Source: Eledone cirrhosa
Taxonomy: Eukaryota
Length of the DNA stretch: 64,000 nucleotides
Direction: 5' to 3'
NCBI GenBank assembly: GCA_964016885.1
Contig: OZ024746.1
Coordinates: forward strand, 33,108,001 to 33,172,000
Positions 45,784 through 60,777 of the stretch are shown here, in pieces (position 1 is the stretch's first letter; each line of letters starts with the position of its first letter). The translations under genes were made by a program, and so were the position numbers. A model generated the notes under the pieces. The model saw nothing but the letters and a program-made list of their open reading frames with translations. It was not told the origin of the DNA and made no database searches.

Positions 45784-47050
45784 ATGAAGGAATTGATAAG
45801 ATCTGAATACATTCGAAGAGTAAGGAGCGTATTAAAGTCACACATAAACAGTAGGAATGCCATAAGTGCAGTAAATTCTCGAGCTGTGTCTATTATTAGG
45901 TACAGTGCGGGAATTCTGAGATGGTATGTTGCTGAACAAAAAGAAATGGATAGGAAGACTAGGAAGCTATTGACTATCTACATGTTCCACAAGAGGAGTG
46001 ATGTCGATAGACTCTACTTAAGGATATCTGAAGGTGGAAGAGGTCTTACAGCAAAGAGGACTGTGTTCAGATGAAAAAAAACAACCTACACAAATACGTG
46101 ACTGATAGTAAGGAGCGAATGCTCAGAATTGTACTGAAGGAGAGGACAATAGACCAGGGGATGTCCAAGTAGGAAATAACAACAAGGAGAAAGAGCAGCC
46201 TTCATGAAAAATCCCTTCATAGTACCCTCTTTGAGAAAACTGAATTCAGAGATCCACAGACATGGAACTGGTTGAAAAGAGGAGACCTTAAAAAGGCTAC
46301 AGAAGGAATGCTAATGGCAGCGCAAGAGCAGGCCCTCAGAACGAAGTGGGTGAAACACCATATTTACAAGGAGGAGGCTAGCCCTCTGTGTAGGATCTGT
46401 GGAGAGAGAGGGGAGACTGTGGCTCACATTGTATCCGCGTGTAAACACCTAGCCCAGACTCACTATAAAGGCTGGACACATGATGTGATGGGCAGGGTGA
46501 TCCACTGGTACCGATGCAAAGTAAACAATTTACCACATTCTGAGAAGTGGTATGAGCATAAGCCACAGTCGGTGATAGAAAACGATCAGGTGAAGGTGCT
46601 GTGGGATTTTAGGATACAGACGGACAAGAAACTGGAACACAATAGGCCTGACCTGGTGGTTTTGGACAAGGAAAAAAGATCATGCCTGATTGTAGATGTA
46701 GCCTGCCCATTTGACACGAGAGTGCAAGAGAAGGAGAGGGAGAAAATTAACCGATACCAGGACTTAAAGTGGGAGGTAAAAAGGATTTGGAACTGCCATT
46801 AGGTCAGAGTCGTGCCGATGGTCATCGTCGCACTAGGTACTATCTCAAAGAGTTTCCAAGGATGGTTAAAGAAAATTAGTCCAGCCCCGCTTTTTGGAAC
46901 ACTTCAAAAGGCATGCTTGCTGGGAACAGCAAGAACACTCCGATACGTCCTGAATATCTGAGGCTGCAGGTAGCGGCTTGATATTCATTTCAACAAACTT
47001 TCTAGTTAAATAACATCAATGATTGAAACTCAAAGAAGAATAATAATAAT
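45784..47050 (+). mobile_element. 5'-truncated Dong-like retroposon, family 2 (second copy)
   Basis: High identity to 19967-21188; ATEG.LMAAQEQAL, CRIC..H..C, RPD motifs; TAA repeats on both sides. Confidence 0.9.
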
Positions 47051-47442
47051 ATATATTATAAGAAATCTCTGTCTTATGTTCAGTTGCTATCGTAACATAT
47101 TTGCAATGAAAAGTAAATTACATATATAACTGTTCCCGTATATGTTTAATTATCCGTACACTCATATCGATATAGATACTAGCTATATCGACATATATAG
47201 ACAAACGCACTCACAGAAATGCATACATAACACGTTGATGCTACAAAAGTTGTGTGTGTAAGTTTGTATGTATAAACGTAAAAACTCAGAAGCGTATAAT
47301 TTCCGTACAAGATGAAACAGATAGTTGCCTTTAGGATATTATTATACTTTTAGTATGAATAGTTGTGATCATACAACCGTGGTGGTTTTAATTGTTGTAG
47401 CATTATATGCAAATATATATGGGCAAAATACACACAATATGT

Positions 47443-47482
<40 letters not shown>

Positions 47483-47487
<5 letters not shown>

Positions 47488-47712
47488 ATAATAATAAATT
47501 TGAAGACTAAAATCTAAAGAGGGCTCGATAAGGATAAATATATATCAAATATATAAGAACCGTAGAGCAAATATTTATTAGAATAACAGATTAAAGTTTA
47601 AGCAAAGAATCGCTGCTTCCACCCTTAACGGGATCTTCCGAAACTCAGAAGATCCCGCTAAGGGTGAAAGCAGCGATTCTTTGCTTAAAGTTTAATCTGT
47701 TATTTTAATAAA
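47483..47712. repeat. Family E repeat with terminal fold-back (fragments at 11662-11728, 52075-52182, 61420-61540)
   Basis: Inverted arms 47572-47638 / 47648-47713 plus a one-sided extension. Confidence 0.8.
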
Positions 47713-47734
47713 TCTCTCTCGCTCTCTCTCTCTC

Positions 47735-47808
<74 letters not shown>

Positions 47809-47871
47809 TCTCTATATATATATATATATATATAATATAAGATCAAAAGATGGTTAAAGGAGTTCCATATA

Positions 47872-47938
47872 TTTTATTATGCGCATTTCAAAAACAAACA
47901 TCATCAAACAATAATATTTGTGTTTTCATCAGATAAAA
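47872..47938 (-). ncRNA. Type I hammerhead ribozyme (family H; related pieces at 63444-63631)
   Basis: Reverse complement reads ttttat-CTGATGA-aaacacaaatatt...gatgtttgttttt-GAAA-tgcgca-TA-ataaaa. Confidence 0.8.
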
Positions 47939-48065
47939 CAGGAGAACATGATATGAAGGCTAAAAAACACTTGTTGATAGTGCAGTTTTAAATCAACATA
48001 TCAGTTTTAAATCAACATATCCGATATCTGCATTGCTTTATTGTACTACAATAAAACTCACCTCC

Positions 48066-48127
<62 letters not shown>

Positions 48128-48268
48128 TATATATATATACAATTATATCAATCTCTTCCCCCTCTTTCTTGATATATATGTATGTATATATATACAAATA
48201 TATATATATATTTATATATATATATATTTGTATATATATTTGTATATATATATACATATATGAATATA

Positions 48269-48301
<33 letters not shown>

Positions 48302-49199
48302 CAGGGTGTTCGGGATAAATTTGACAGTTTCATCAGGAAAAAGAAAAAGTGCTTGGTATCTACAAAATTTATTTGGTTTAAAAGAAATTCAATGGAGAAG
48401 GAAATTACACTATTGTCAAAGAGTTTTACTCAAAATAACCTCCATTAGCGTCTATTACAGCCTCAATCCGGGCCCGGAACCTAGAGCAAGCTGATTTTAC
48501 ACTTTGCCTGGGAAGGCTCTCAAAAACTACTTTAATTCTGTCGATTAACTGGGCTTTTGTAGTACTGGCACGGCGATTGGTGTCTTTCTCTACAGCGCCC
48601 CATACATAATAGTCCATCGGGTTAAGATCAGGGGAGTTCGGAGGCCAAACATTGCGACTGGTGTAGTCGTAAAACTTGGCTGACAACCATTTTTGACTTT
48701 TCCCCGAGGTGTGGCAGGGGGCCGAATCCAGCTGCCATACATACGGCCTATTATTGGCTACCCTTGTTATCCAGGGCTTCAATTCATGCGACAAAGACCG
48801 AATTCCGATGCCAGGGTCCTCCAACACTTTTTTCTGCAGATTTTAGAGGAATTCTGCTGTGCGAGAGCAATCAGATCTTCTGTTATGTTTCTTTCTTCTA
48901 GCCACAGCCTCGTAGTCTCCATTGCAATTCTCCAGTTCATGCCGGATTGTTTTTACAGTGTTCAGGGAGCATTGAGCAGCGACCATAATCTCCTTATTTT
49001 GATGGCCGGCGCGAATCATCATGATACAAGTTATTCTCTTCCATGATTCAGGTGGCTCCCAGTCATCCATTCTCGTTGTCATCAGATATATGAATGAAGG
49101 AGGGTTTAAACTTTCAAATAAAGCCTAGTGCGCATGAATGAATTTAAAACATCTGAAAAAACAACCAAATATTATTCTGTCAAATTTATCCCGAACACC

Positions 49200-49202
<3 letters not shown>
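48302..49202 (-). mobile_element. Internally deleted DD37D (maT) Tc1/mariner element
   Basis: Perfect 26-bp TIRs cagggtgttcgggataaatttgacag; TA flanks; WQLDSAPCH-37 aa-D (SPDLNPMD); first catalytic D region missing. Confidence 0.9.
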
Positions 49203-49237
<35 letters not shown>

Positions 49238-49373
49238 CGAAGGAAATGTGGTAAGGAAATAGGTGGACCATAACGCACCAAAGTACTCTATACTTAGGGT
49301 AGTAGAGTGGGTAAAAGGAACGCGTAGGACCCCGACGGCTGAGCTCAAGCCGTTTCGACGGCTAATTCTGGAC

Positions 49374-49495
<122 letters not shown>

Positions 49496-49994
49496 GTGCA
49501 TGTGTATATATGTATACCACGTATTGTACGCAAGAAGAGAAAATCATTATCAAACATACACGCAACATTATCCAGTAAAACTCACCCATGTCAAATCCAT
49601 GGCCTCGCTTGCCAATACTTGGCAAGTCTAAAAAGCCTTACCACAAATGAAGATCCAAACTGAATGAACCGAACCGGTTGTTCGGACCCTCATTCGTCAC
49701 ATATATATATATATATATATACACACACATATACACACACACGCACACACACACGCAGATATATATATATATATATATGCATGCAGGCACACACACACGC
49801 ACAGACACACAGACACACATATATATATATATACATATATGTAGACAGAGAGAAAGAGAGAGAGAGAGAAAGAGGGAGAGAGAGAGAGAGAGAGAGAGAA
49901 AGAGGGAGAGAGAGAGAGACATGCACACACAAATATATATGTATACATACAAACATTATATAATTATATATATATATAGTTAATAATTATATAT

Positions 49995-50399
49995 ATATAT
50001 ATAGTTAAAACTGCTTCGCATACTAGCTCCTATATCGGCTCTACCTCTAACACTTTTAAGGTACGCTATAACGCGCACTCTTGTTCCTTTCGAGGCCCTA
50101 TCAACATATGTTCGACATCTCTAGCTAGGCTCATTGAAAACCTTAAATTAACCAACATTGAACACTCACTAACATGGGATATCTTGGCTTGGGACCAACC
50201 CTTCAATGGACGAAGAAACTCTTGTGACCTCTGTCTTACCGAAGCATATTACATAACTCTATCACGACCTCTACCGATTAACGATAGAATGGAGGTAACT
50301 ATTAGCTGTCAACATCCTTCGCCAACAGAATATTTGACCCAACATAGTCAGCTAGCACCATTTTTAGTTGTAGCTAATAAGTTAAATAGTTATAGCTAA
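49995..50399 (+). pseudogene. Penelope-like element GIY-YIG endonuclease 3' fragment
   Basis: Frame from 50031 reads YIGSTSNTFKVRYNAHSCSF..TSLA..I..LK.....W.IL....F.....CDLCLTE...I.....IN.R.E....CQH. Confidence 0.85.
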
Positions 50400-51189
50400 C
50401 TTAGATAATTATAAGTTACCTCCCTTACATTGTCTCTCAATTAAAAAATTAAAAAATTAGCACTTCTTAACTATAAACTACCCACAATTTCTAATTTCTC
50501 GAGGAGATACTTCCCCTGAAACCACCCTCTAATTAGTAAGGTAAATATGTCCATTGGCGGCCATCTTGTTACTCATAGGCAGATCTCACACAATTCAGCC
50601 TCGACAGAAGAATACTGCTCGACCATGGCAGACAATATATATACCCAGGACACCATAGTGAAATACCAATATATGGAACATTACATTCATGTAACATTCT
50701 TTCCTTATTTTAATTTATATTTCTTTTGAAGTTCAGATGAGCTGCTCTAATTTTACCTAAGTTATTTATTTTCAACTGAACCAGATCAATAATGATCTAT
50801 AATCATTTGATCCAGAAATATTATATGCAGTAGCGAAACAATTGTAAACGGACATTATTGTTATTAATATTATTATTATTATTATTATTATTCTCTACAT
50901 TCCTTACATCAAACTAAAATATGTTGACAATCTTTAAATAATGTCTTCTTTGTGAAGTTTGTGGTCTTGTTTTGTTTAACTAATGAATATTTCCAGCTCT
51001 GTGCAACTAACCTCTGCATGAACCCAGCCACATAGCTGCCTTCCACTGCATATTGCACATTGAGCACATGCCTTTACGTTTTGGCTTCTAACTAATTCCC
51101 CAATCTCTCTTCTCCTCTCCTATCTCCTCTCCTATCTCCATCTCTCTCTTTAAGATTGGTTATTTTTGAACTGTGTATATATATATATA

Positions 51190-51432
51190 TTAATTCAAGA
51201 TATTAACAAAAATAGACATTCGCGTGATCAAGTATATTTTATTATACATATTTCAGAGATACTGAGCTATCTTCATCAGTACGTCCTCATCAGATAAAAA
51301 TAAGATGACATACCCTGACTAAGTTGATGGTTAAAATTCAGTCATGGCATGACCTCTGTACCTTTGAAATATATATAATAAAATATACTTGATCACACGA
51401 ATGTCTATTTTTGTTAATATCTTGAATTAATA
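51190..51432. mobile_element. Fold-back element with - strand hammerhead (A-related)
   Basis: Arms 51190-51255 / 51365-51432; reverse complement reads ttttat-CTGATGA-ggacgtactga..tcagtatctct-GAAA-tatgta-TA-ataaaa. Confidence 0.75.
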
Positions 51433-52184
51433 TTAATAACTCCGGAAAACCATATCAGTGGAGTGCTTCTGATCTATTGTAAAACTTTATTCTTTGATTT
51501 ATTCATTGAACCTCGTTTAACCTTTAAATATATATATATATATGATTTGTGATATATGTATATTGATGGCTCTATTAGATGTACCGCGGTATTTGACTGT
51601 TAATCTCATCGACTATGAAATAAATCATAGCATACGGGATATCTGTGTTGTTTGAACTTAGAAAGGTTAAGTTAGGTCATTATCGTTAGCCCTCTACCCA
51701 TTATGCCATACACATATCTAGATAATAATAGCTATAATATTAAGTGCACCTATAAGTGTTGAAAAAATAATCATGGCTAAAACCAAAAACACATCTACAA
51801 AAAAAAAACAAAGATAAAAGCATCATTATCGGTCTGAAACATTAAAATTCTTTTCATTGGCGGAGAGGAATTTATCACCTGCAAGTATCTAAAATGTCTC
51901 CAGAATAAATGGGATTCATATAACAATGAAGCCCGATAAACACATGCACACACATAAATACGCATGCATTCATATATACATACACACATGCATACATATA
52001 TTTTATTTACATACATGCATATATGCATATATATAAACATATGTATATATATACATATACATATATATATATATAGTAATAATAATAAATGTGAAGACTA
52101 AAATCCAAAGAGGGTTCGATAAGGCTAAATATATATCATATATATAAGAACCCTAGAGCAAATATTTATTAAATAACAGATTTA

Positions 52185-52800
<616 letters not shown>

Positions 52801-52830
52801 TACTAAAAAAAAAAAATATATATATATATA

Positions 52831-53142
52831 TGAGCCAACTTATGCAGCTTCATATGCAAATGAGATTAAATACCTCATTCACACTGAGGAGAAATGTATA
52901 TATTCTCGGCTGTCTTCTAGTCCAGCAGTCGCAAGCGGTGGGAGGGACCGTCCTGACGAAGGCCAGTTAAGCCTGAAATGCATAGACGGTTCTCCCCCTT
53001 GCTTCTGCTGGACATCACCAGAGGGCGTTAGCCCCCCGGTGTTTGCATAGCTACGGCTTCCTAAAACCGTATTTCCTTGGAGATACGAAATATTTATACA
53101 TATTGTATAAAGCTATGCTTGAAGCGAAATCCTATTTCTTTT
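52831..53142 (+). mobile_element. Family G retrozyme-like monomer, permutation 2
   Basis: accgtc-CTGACGA(52953)-aggc cagttaa gcct-GAAA-tgca-TA-gacggt; segment order rotated relative to 30212-30546. Confidence 0.88.
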
Positions 53143-53151
53143 ATATCTATA

Positions 53152-53201
<50 letters not shown>

Positions 53202-53356
53202 TAGTATATTATATATAATATATATATATATATATAAAAGAGTGTGTGGTAAGATATCAGGTGGGACCATAGTACTCAATACTTAGGGTAGTATAGTGGG
53301 TAATAAGAAGAATTTAGCTGTCAAAACGGCCGGAGCATATATATATACATATGTAC

Positions 53357-53418
<62 letters not shown>

Positions 53419-53706
53419 TATATATATACTATTATAATATATATATAATATGCACACACATAAACATATATGTATATATATATTCGTGTATGTAAGCATG
53501 GATGTTTATAAGCATACATATGTGTGTGCATATGTCATTATTCGAGATAATATACATGCAGTGAAAAGGTTTTGTCTCATCCACACTGTAATATGAGTTA
53601 ACAAGAAATCGCACTGAGTAAGTATATGCTTAAACAAATATAATAATTTTAATAAGACCACCAGCAATAAGCTAATCAGGAATTATATATATATATATAA
53701 AATTGC

Positions 53707-53847
<141 letters not shown>

Positions 53848-54346
53848 CATTATATAAGTTCATACACACACACACACATAGAGAAATATATATTTATATA
53901 CATATATATATATGTATATATCCTTAGGACCTTATATATAAGTATGTATGTTTGCATATATGCATAAATGTACAAATGTATAAGCATCCTAGACCCTTGC
54001 AGCTTGAAATTCTTGACGAAATCTCTCGAAGAACACTCGAAACTCTCGAAACGTAAGGAAGCATTTAAGTAGTACATTACAAGTGTGTTTCCTTCTCAAT
54101 CGTCCCCAAGAAAATATAGCAATTGAATTTTATTAATCTAATTATATAGCCGCGAGCTGCCTTTCAACATGTCAATACCTTTTATATCGCAGCGAAATGT
54201 TTGCATACCCACACAAGATAAATAACTGCATATTATCTCACCTAGTACCTTTACAGAATAGAAAACTTTACTCCAGTTGGAAGTTCAATTCTGAAATTCT
54301 TTGTGCCAAAGGTGAAAAAAGTTTATACGCACACAGACGCAGACTC

Positions 54347-54471
<125 letters not shown>

Positions 54472-54562
54472 GTCTGCGTGTGTGTGCGTGTAAACCTTTT
54501 TCACCTTTGGCACAAATACACAAACGCACACACACATATATATATATGTGTGTATATATGTA

Positions 54563-54608
<46 letters not shown>

Positions 54609-54934
54609 CACACACACATATATATACATATGTATGTATATATGTATATATATATATACATATATATATATATTTAAATTTATATATATTTAAATATAAA
54701 TATATATATATACATACATATATATATATTTAAACAGATATATTTATACATATATATACACATATATACATACATATATATACATATATGTATGTATAAA
54801 TATATCTATGTTTAAATATATATATATATGTATATATTTATATATATATATTGCCAGAATTAATAACAGAACACACTCACTGTTTGGTTGGTTTTCGCTT
54901 CTCGCTGTCTTTTATATATATATATCTGCGATCT

Positions 54935-55243
54935 AACTTACTCGGTCCTCAATGTTGCCATTGACTGACCGGCGGTCAAAAATAATACAGATACAATATA
55001 GACAAACACATATATATATAGTTTACATAAATCTTTCGTTGCACATCAAAAAAAAAAAAAAAAAAAAAATGGCGTAGACATACAACACAACAGGAGGAAC
55101 AATGAATATAACACCACTGACGATGTTGCAGATGTGCAACGAAAGATTTATGTAAACTATATATATATGTGTTTGTCTATATTGTATCTGTATTATTTTT
55201 GACCGCCGGTCAGTCAATGGCAACATTGAGGACCGAGTAAGTT
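54935..55243. repeat. Perfect ~113-bp inverted repeat with candidate hammerhead core
   Basis: Arms 54935-55047 / 55131-55243; CTGACGA(55117)-t-gttgca gatg tgcaac-GAAA-gatt-TA; stem I weak. Confidence 0.7.
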
Positions 55244-55269
55244 AAAAAAAAAAAAAAAAAAAAAAAAAA

Positions 55270-55316
<47 letters not shown>

Positions 55317-55335
55317 AATATATATATATATTTAA

Positions 55336-55395
<60 letters not shown>

Positions 55396-55401
55396 ACACG
55401 T

Positions 55402-55433
<32 letters not shown>

Positions 55434-55734
55434 ACACATACACACAGACATACACACACACACACACACTTACACACACAAACACACAGACACACACACA
55501 TATATATATGTATATGAGGGTATGGGTGTAATCTCTACTGAGCCTATTATATATTGATCTAAAAGGCAATTCGCTGTACATGATTGGACATGCCAAATGA
55601 TGTAGTTATCATTTAAGAGTAATATGTAAGAGAAACAAATGAAGGTGGTCATGAATTGCGTAGGTGAGAGAAAGGGAGAATGTGTGTGAATGAGAGAATG
55701 AAATACTATACATGTCTGATTGTTACACAGAGAG

Positions 55735-55818
<84 letters not shown>

Positions 55819-56004
55819 AGGAGTGAGAAAAGAACTTGGATTGTTGAGAGGATCAATTGTAATGAAAGTCTCTGACTCAGCAGATTTGAGCGTAGAAAAA
55901 GATGGCGTCGGAGATAGTAATACTGAATGCATTAAATATATCACATGCATATCTATATATAAATATCGAAATATATATATATATCAATTATCATCTATAT
56001 CCCT

Positions 56005-56045
<41 letters not shown>

Positions 56046-56133
56046 ATATCTATCTATCTATAAATCTCTCTCCCTCTTTCTCTCTCTCTTTCTCTCTCCC
56101 TCTCTCTCTCTCTCTATATATATATATATCTAG

Positions 56134-56175
<42 letters not shown>

Positions 56176-56205
56176 ACTTGTGTGTGTGTGTATATATATA
56201 TATAC

Positions 56206-56237
<32 letters not shown>

Positions 56238-56456
56238 TTACTCATACACACACACTCACACACACACACTGACACACTCACACACACACTCACAGAACCA
56301 CACACACACACATACACACACACGCACACACACACACATATATATATATATGTATATATATATATGTGTGTGTGTGTGTAAATATATATATGTATATATA
56401 TAATTATATATATATACACACACACGTATATATATATATATATATATATATATACG

Positions 56457-56492
<36 letters not shown>

Positions 56493-56496
56493 TATA

Positions 56497-56635
<139 letters not shown>

Positions 56636-56969
56636 AGATAGAAGGGAGTAAAAAACACATGACTCATATGAAAACATATTCATATTTTCCGTGTTCGGCT
56701 GCTATGTATATGAATATACCTGTGTGTATAGTATATGCTTGTGGATTTTGTCTAAATGAACGGGTAAGCATACAGCAAAATAGATCAATGATTGATTTAT
56801 CGATAAATAAAATGCTGAGAAGAGAAAAATAATCTAAAAATGAACGACAATATTTAATGACAGCGACACGTGAATCAATGAGGCCAAAGAAAAAGGATAA
56901 TTGCATCGTGATATCGTCGGTATCGTCATTCACCATTGACAGTGTCTTCATCACCAAGCGCCCTCACAT

Positions 56970-56973
56970 AAAC

Positions 56974-57026
<53 letters not shown>

Positions 57027-57044
57027 CCAACCCTCGTCCCGGAA

Positions 57045-57078
<34 letters not shown>

Positions 57079-57150
57079 TCATCATCTTCTTCACCAACTC
57101 TTGTCACCCAAACCATCAGCATCATCGTCACCAACCCTCCTCACCTAAAC

Positions 57151-57191
<41 letters not shown>

Positions 57192-57241
57192 CCAACCCTC
57201 CTCATTTAAGCCCTCATCATCATCACCAACCCTCCTCACCT

Positions 57242-57289
<48 letters not shown>

Positions 57290-58195
57290 CCAACCCTCCT
57301 CATCTAAGCCATCATCATCATCCCAACCCTCCTCACCTAAACCATCATCATCCCCAACCCTCCTCACCTAAACCATCATCACATCCCAACCCTCCTCACC
57401 TAAACCATCATCATCCCCAACCCTCCTCACCTAAACCATCATCATCCCCAACCCTCCTCACCTAAACCATCATCACATCCCCAACCCTCCTCACCTAAAC
57501 CATCATCATCCCCAACCCTCCTCACCTTAACCATCATCATCCCCAACCCTCCTCACCTAAACCATCATCATCCCCAACCCTCCTCACCTTAACCATCATC
57601 ATCCCCAACCCTCCTCACCTAAACCATCATCACATCCCCAACCCTCCTCACCTAAACCATCATCACATCCCCAACCCTCCTCACCTAAACCATCATCATC
57701 CCCAACCCTCCTCACCTAAACCATCATCACATCCCCAACCCTCCTCACCTAAACCATCATCATCCCCAACCCTCCTCACCTTAACCATCATCATCCCCAA
57801 CCCTCCTCACCTAAACCATCATCATCCCCAACCCTCCTCACCTTAACCATCATCATCCCAACCCTCCTCACCTAAACCATCATCATCCCCAACCCTCCTC
57901 ACCTAAACCATCATCATCCCCAACCCTCCTCACCTTAACCATCATCATCCCAACCCTCCTCACCTAAACCATCATCATCCCCAACCCTCCTCACCTAAAC
58001 CATCATCACATCCCCAAACCTCCTCACCTAAACCATCATCATCCCCAACCCTCCTCACCTAAACCATCATCATCCCCAACCCTCCTCACCTAAACCATCA
58101 TCATCCCCAACCCTCCTCACCTTAACCATCATCACATCCCCAACCCCCCTCACCTAAACCATCATCATCCCCAACCCCCCTCACCTAAACCATCA
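56970..58195. repeat. (CAT)n grading into a ~30-32-bp minisatellite (ccccaaccctcctcacctaaaccatcatcat)n
   Basis: About 28 near-identical units from ~57320 to 58195. Confidence 0.95.
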
Positions 58196-58329
58196 TCACT
58201 ATCACTATCACCACTGTCACTAACAATATCATCAAACATACCTACCAATACAACTACCACCTCCTCCGTTGTCAATACCAACAGATAATTTCCTCTACTT
58301 CCTCTTCCATCTTTTTCTTCCTCATCAAC

Positions 58330-58351
58330 CACTACTACTACCATCACCACA

Positions 58352-58404
<53 letters not shown>

Positions 58405-58414
58405 CATCACCACA

Positions 58415-58456
<42 letters not shown>

Positions 58457-58509
58457 GCTACTACTACTACTACTACTACTACCATCATCACAACTACTAC
58501 TACTACTAC

Positions 58510-58575
<66 letters not shown>

Positions 58576-58585
58576 CATCACCACA

Positions 58586-58624
<39 letters not shown>

Positions 58625-59099
58625 GCCACCATCATCATCAGCACCAGCACCAGCACCACCACCACCAGCACCACCTTCACCACCAACACCACCACATCCA
58701 CCACCACCCAGCACCAGCACTAGCACCACCACCACCACCACCACCACCACCACCACCACCACCACCACCAGCACCAGCACCAGCACCAGCACCAGCACCA
58801 CCAGCACCAGCACCAGCACCAGCACCACCACCAGCACTACTACCACCACCAGCACCACCAGCACCAGCACCACTACCAGCACCAGCATCACCACCACCAC
58901 CACCAGCACCAGCACCAGCACCAGCACCAGCACCACCAGCACCTCCACCACCACCACCAGCACCAGCACCAGCACCAGCACCACCACCAGCACCACTACC
59001 AGCACCAGCACCAGCACCACCAGCACCTCCACCACCACCACCAGCACCAGCACCAGCATCAGCACCAGCATCACCAGCATCAGCACCACCAGCAGCACC

Positions 59100-59130
<31 letters not shown>

Positions 59131-59655
59131 GCACCACTACCAGCACCAGTACCAGCACCACCAGCACCACCACCACCACCCCACCACCAGCACCACTACC
59201 AGCACCAGTACCAGCACCACCAGCACCACCAGCACCACCCCACCACCAGCACCACTACCAGCACCAGTACCAGCACCACCAGCACCACCACCACCACCCC
59301 ACCACCAGCACCACTACCAGCACCAGTACCAGCACCACCAGCACCACCACCACCACCCCACCACCAGCACCACTACCAGCACCAGTACCAGCACCACCAG
59401 CACCACCACCACCACCACCAGCACCAGCACCAGTACCAGCACCAGCACCAGCACCACCAGCACCACCACCACCACCACCACCAGCACCACCAGCACCAGC
59501 ACCAGCACCACCAGCACCACCACCACCACCACCACTGCCACCACCAGCACCAGTACCAGCACCACCACCAGCACCAGCACCACCACCACCACCACCAGCA
59601 CCAGCACCAGCACCACCACCACCACCACCAGCACCAGCACCAGCATCACCACCAC
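58330..59655. repeat. Compound trinucleotide repeat, (ACT)n then (CCA/GCA)n
   Basis: Read directly; accounts for the low-complexity ORFs at 58165-59723. Confidence 0.95.
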
Positions 59656-59921
59656 ATGACGATATTATAGACGATGATGGTCTTCATTGTCACAAATGTA
59701 AATCACTGTTTTACAAACGTTGATACCCTTAATGTACACACCATTATTTTGAAAGGCGTCATCGACAATATTTCAGAACATGTAAATACATGTATTCAAC
59801 AACAACAACCATTATAACCACAGCAACTAAACATATCAGTGACGGCAATATATCTAGGATAATATAAACACAAGAACAATGGAAAAATAAGAATGAAAAT
59901 CGCGTAATCGAAGAGAACAAA

Positions 59922-59957
<36 letters not shown>

Positions 59958-59961
<4 letters not shown>

Positions 59962-60168
59962 AAGTTATATTTAAATTGTTGGGTTACAACGAGTAAATAT
60001 TTATAACTGATATAAAAGCACTCAACAAGTATTTGGAGTATATTTACGATATTAAATAAATGGAAACTATATTTATAAAACCATATAAAAATTTAATATG
60101 ATATCCCTGAAATATATATAATGAAATAAATATGGTTTTATAAATATAGTTTCCATTTATTTAATATC

Positions 60169-60171
<3 letters not shown>
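59958..60171 (-). mobile_element. Family A element, collapsed copy (copy 6)
   Basis: Tail plus short inverted arms; only the GAAA-tatata-TA half of the ribozyme remains. Confidence 0.75.
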
Positions 60172-60207
<36 letters not shown>

Positions 60208-60214
<7 letters not shown>

Positions 60215-60553
60215 CGTAAAATAAGAACATTTTAAAAATTATTTAAAAAATTAACTTACTTACTAAAATTTTCACTCCAACTAATCAGCGAGCTTTTCAG
60301 TGCATGGAATCCAGTCCCCGCTAGCTGTTCCATCTACCGAATTATTATTATTTTTATATGAGTCCCCAGTGTCCGCGCATTGCCTGGAGACTTAGCTGAG
60401 AATAGACTCCCTCATGACGCAATGAATTCTCGACAGTTAGATTACGTAACTGTCTTTATCCCATTGCAGAAACTAATTAGTTGGAGTGAAAATTTTAGTA
60501 AGTAAGTTAATTTTTTAAACATTTTAAAAAATTTTCTTATTTTACGTCTTTTA
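60208..60553. mobile_element. Fold-back element with a mutated hammerhead
   Basis: Arms 60208-60285 / 60476-60553; actcc-CTCATGA-cgcaatg...cattgca-GAAA-ctaattag-TT-ggagt at 60406-60487. Confidence 0.65.
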
Positions 60554-60694
60554 TATTATTGTTCTGCATCCTCCTGCATTGAACCACCTAGGTACTATGA
60601 CATAACCTGTGTATTTGCTAGCATTAGCGTACATCTGTACGCATATGTTAGTAGATATACTAAATTCTCTCTCTCTCTATATATATGTAAACGA

Positions 60695-60777
<83 letters not shown>

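Noticed and set aside
57320-58195. CRISPR-like or telomeric array
   Set aside because: No unique spacers; eukaryotic context; the unit is not (TTAGGG)n.
58165-59723. Long ORFs of 484, 284 and 180 aa resembling mucin or extensin
   Set aside because: Pure trinucleotide repeat open in several frames on both strands, with no unique domain or splice evidence.
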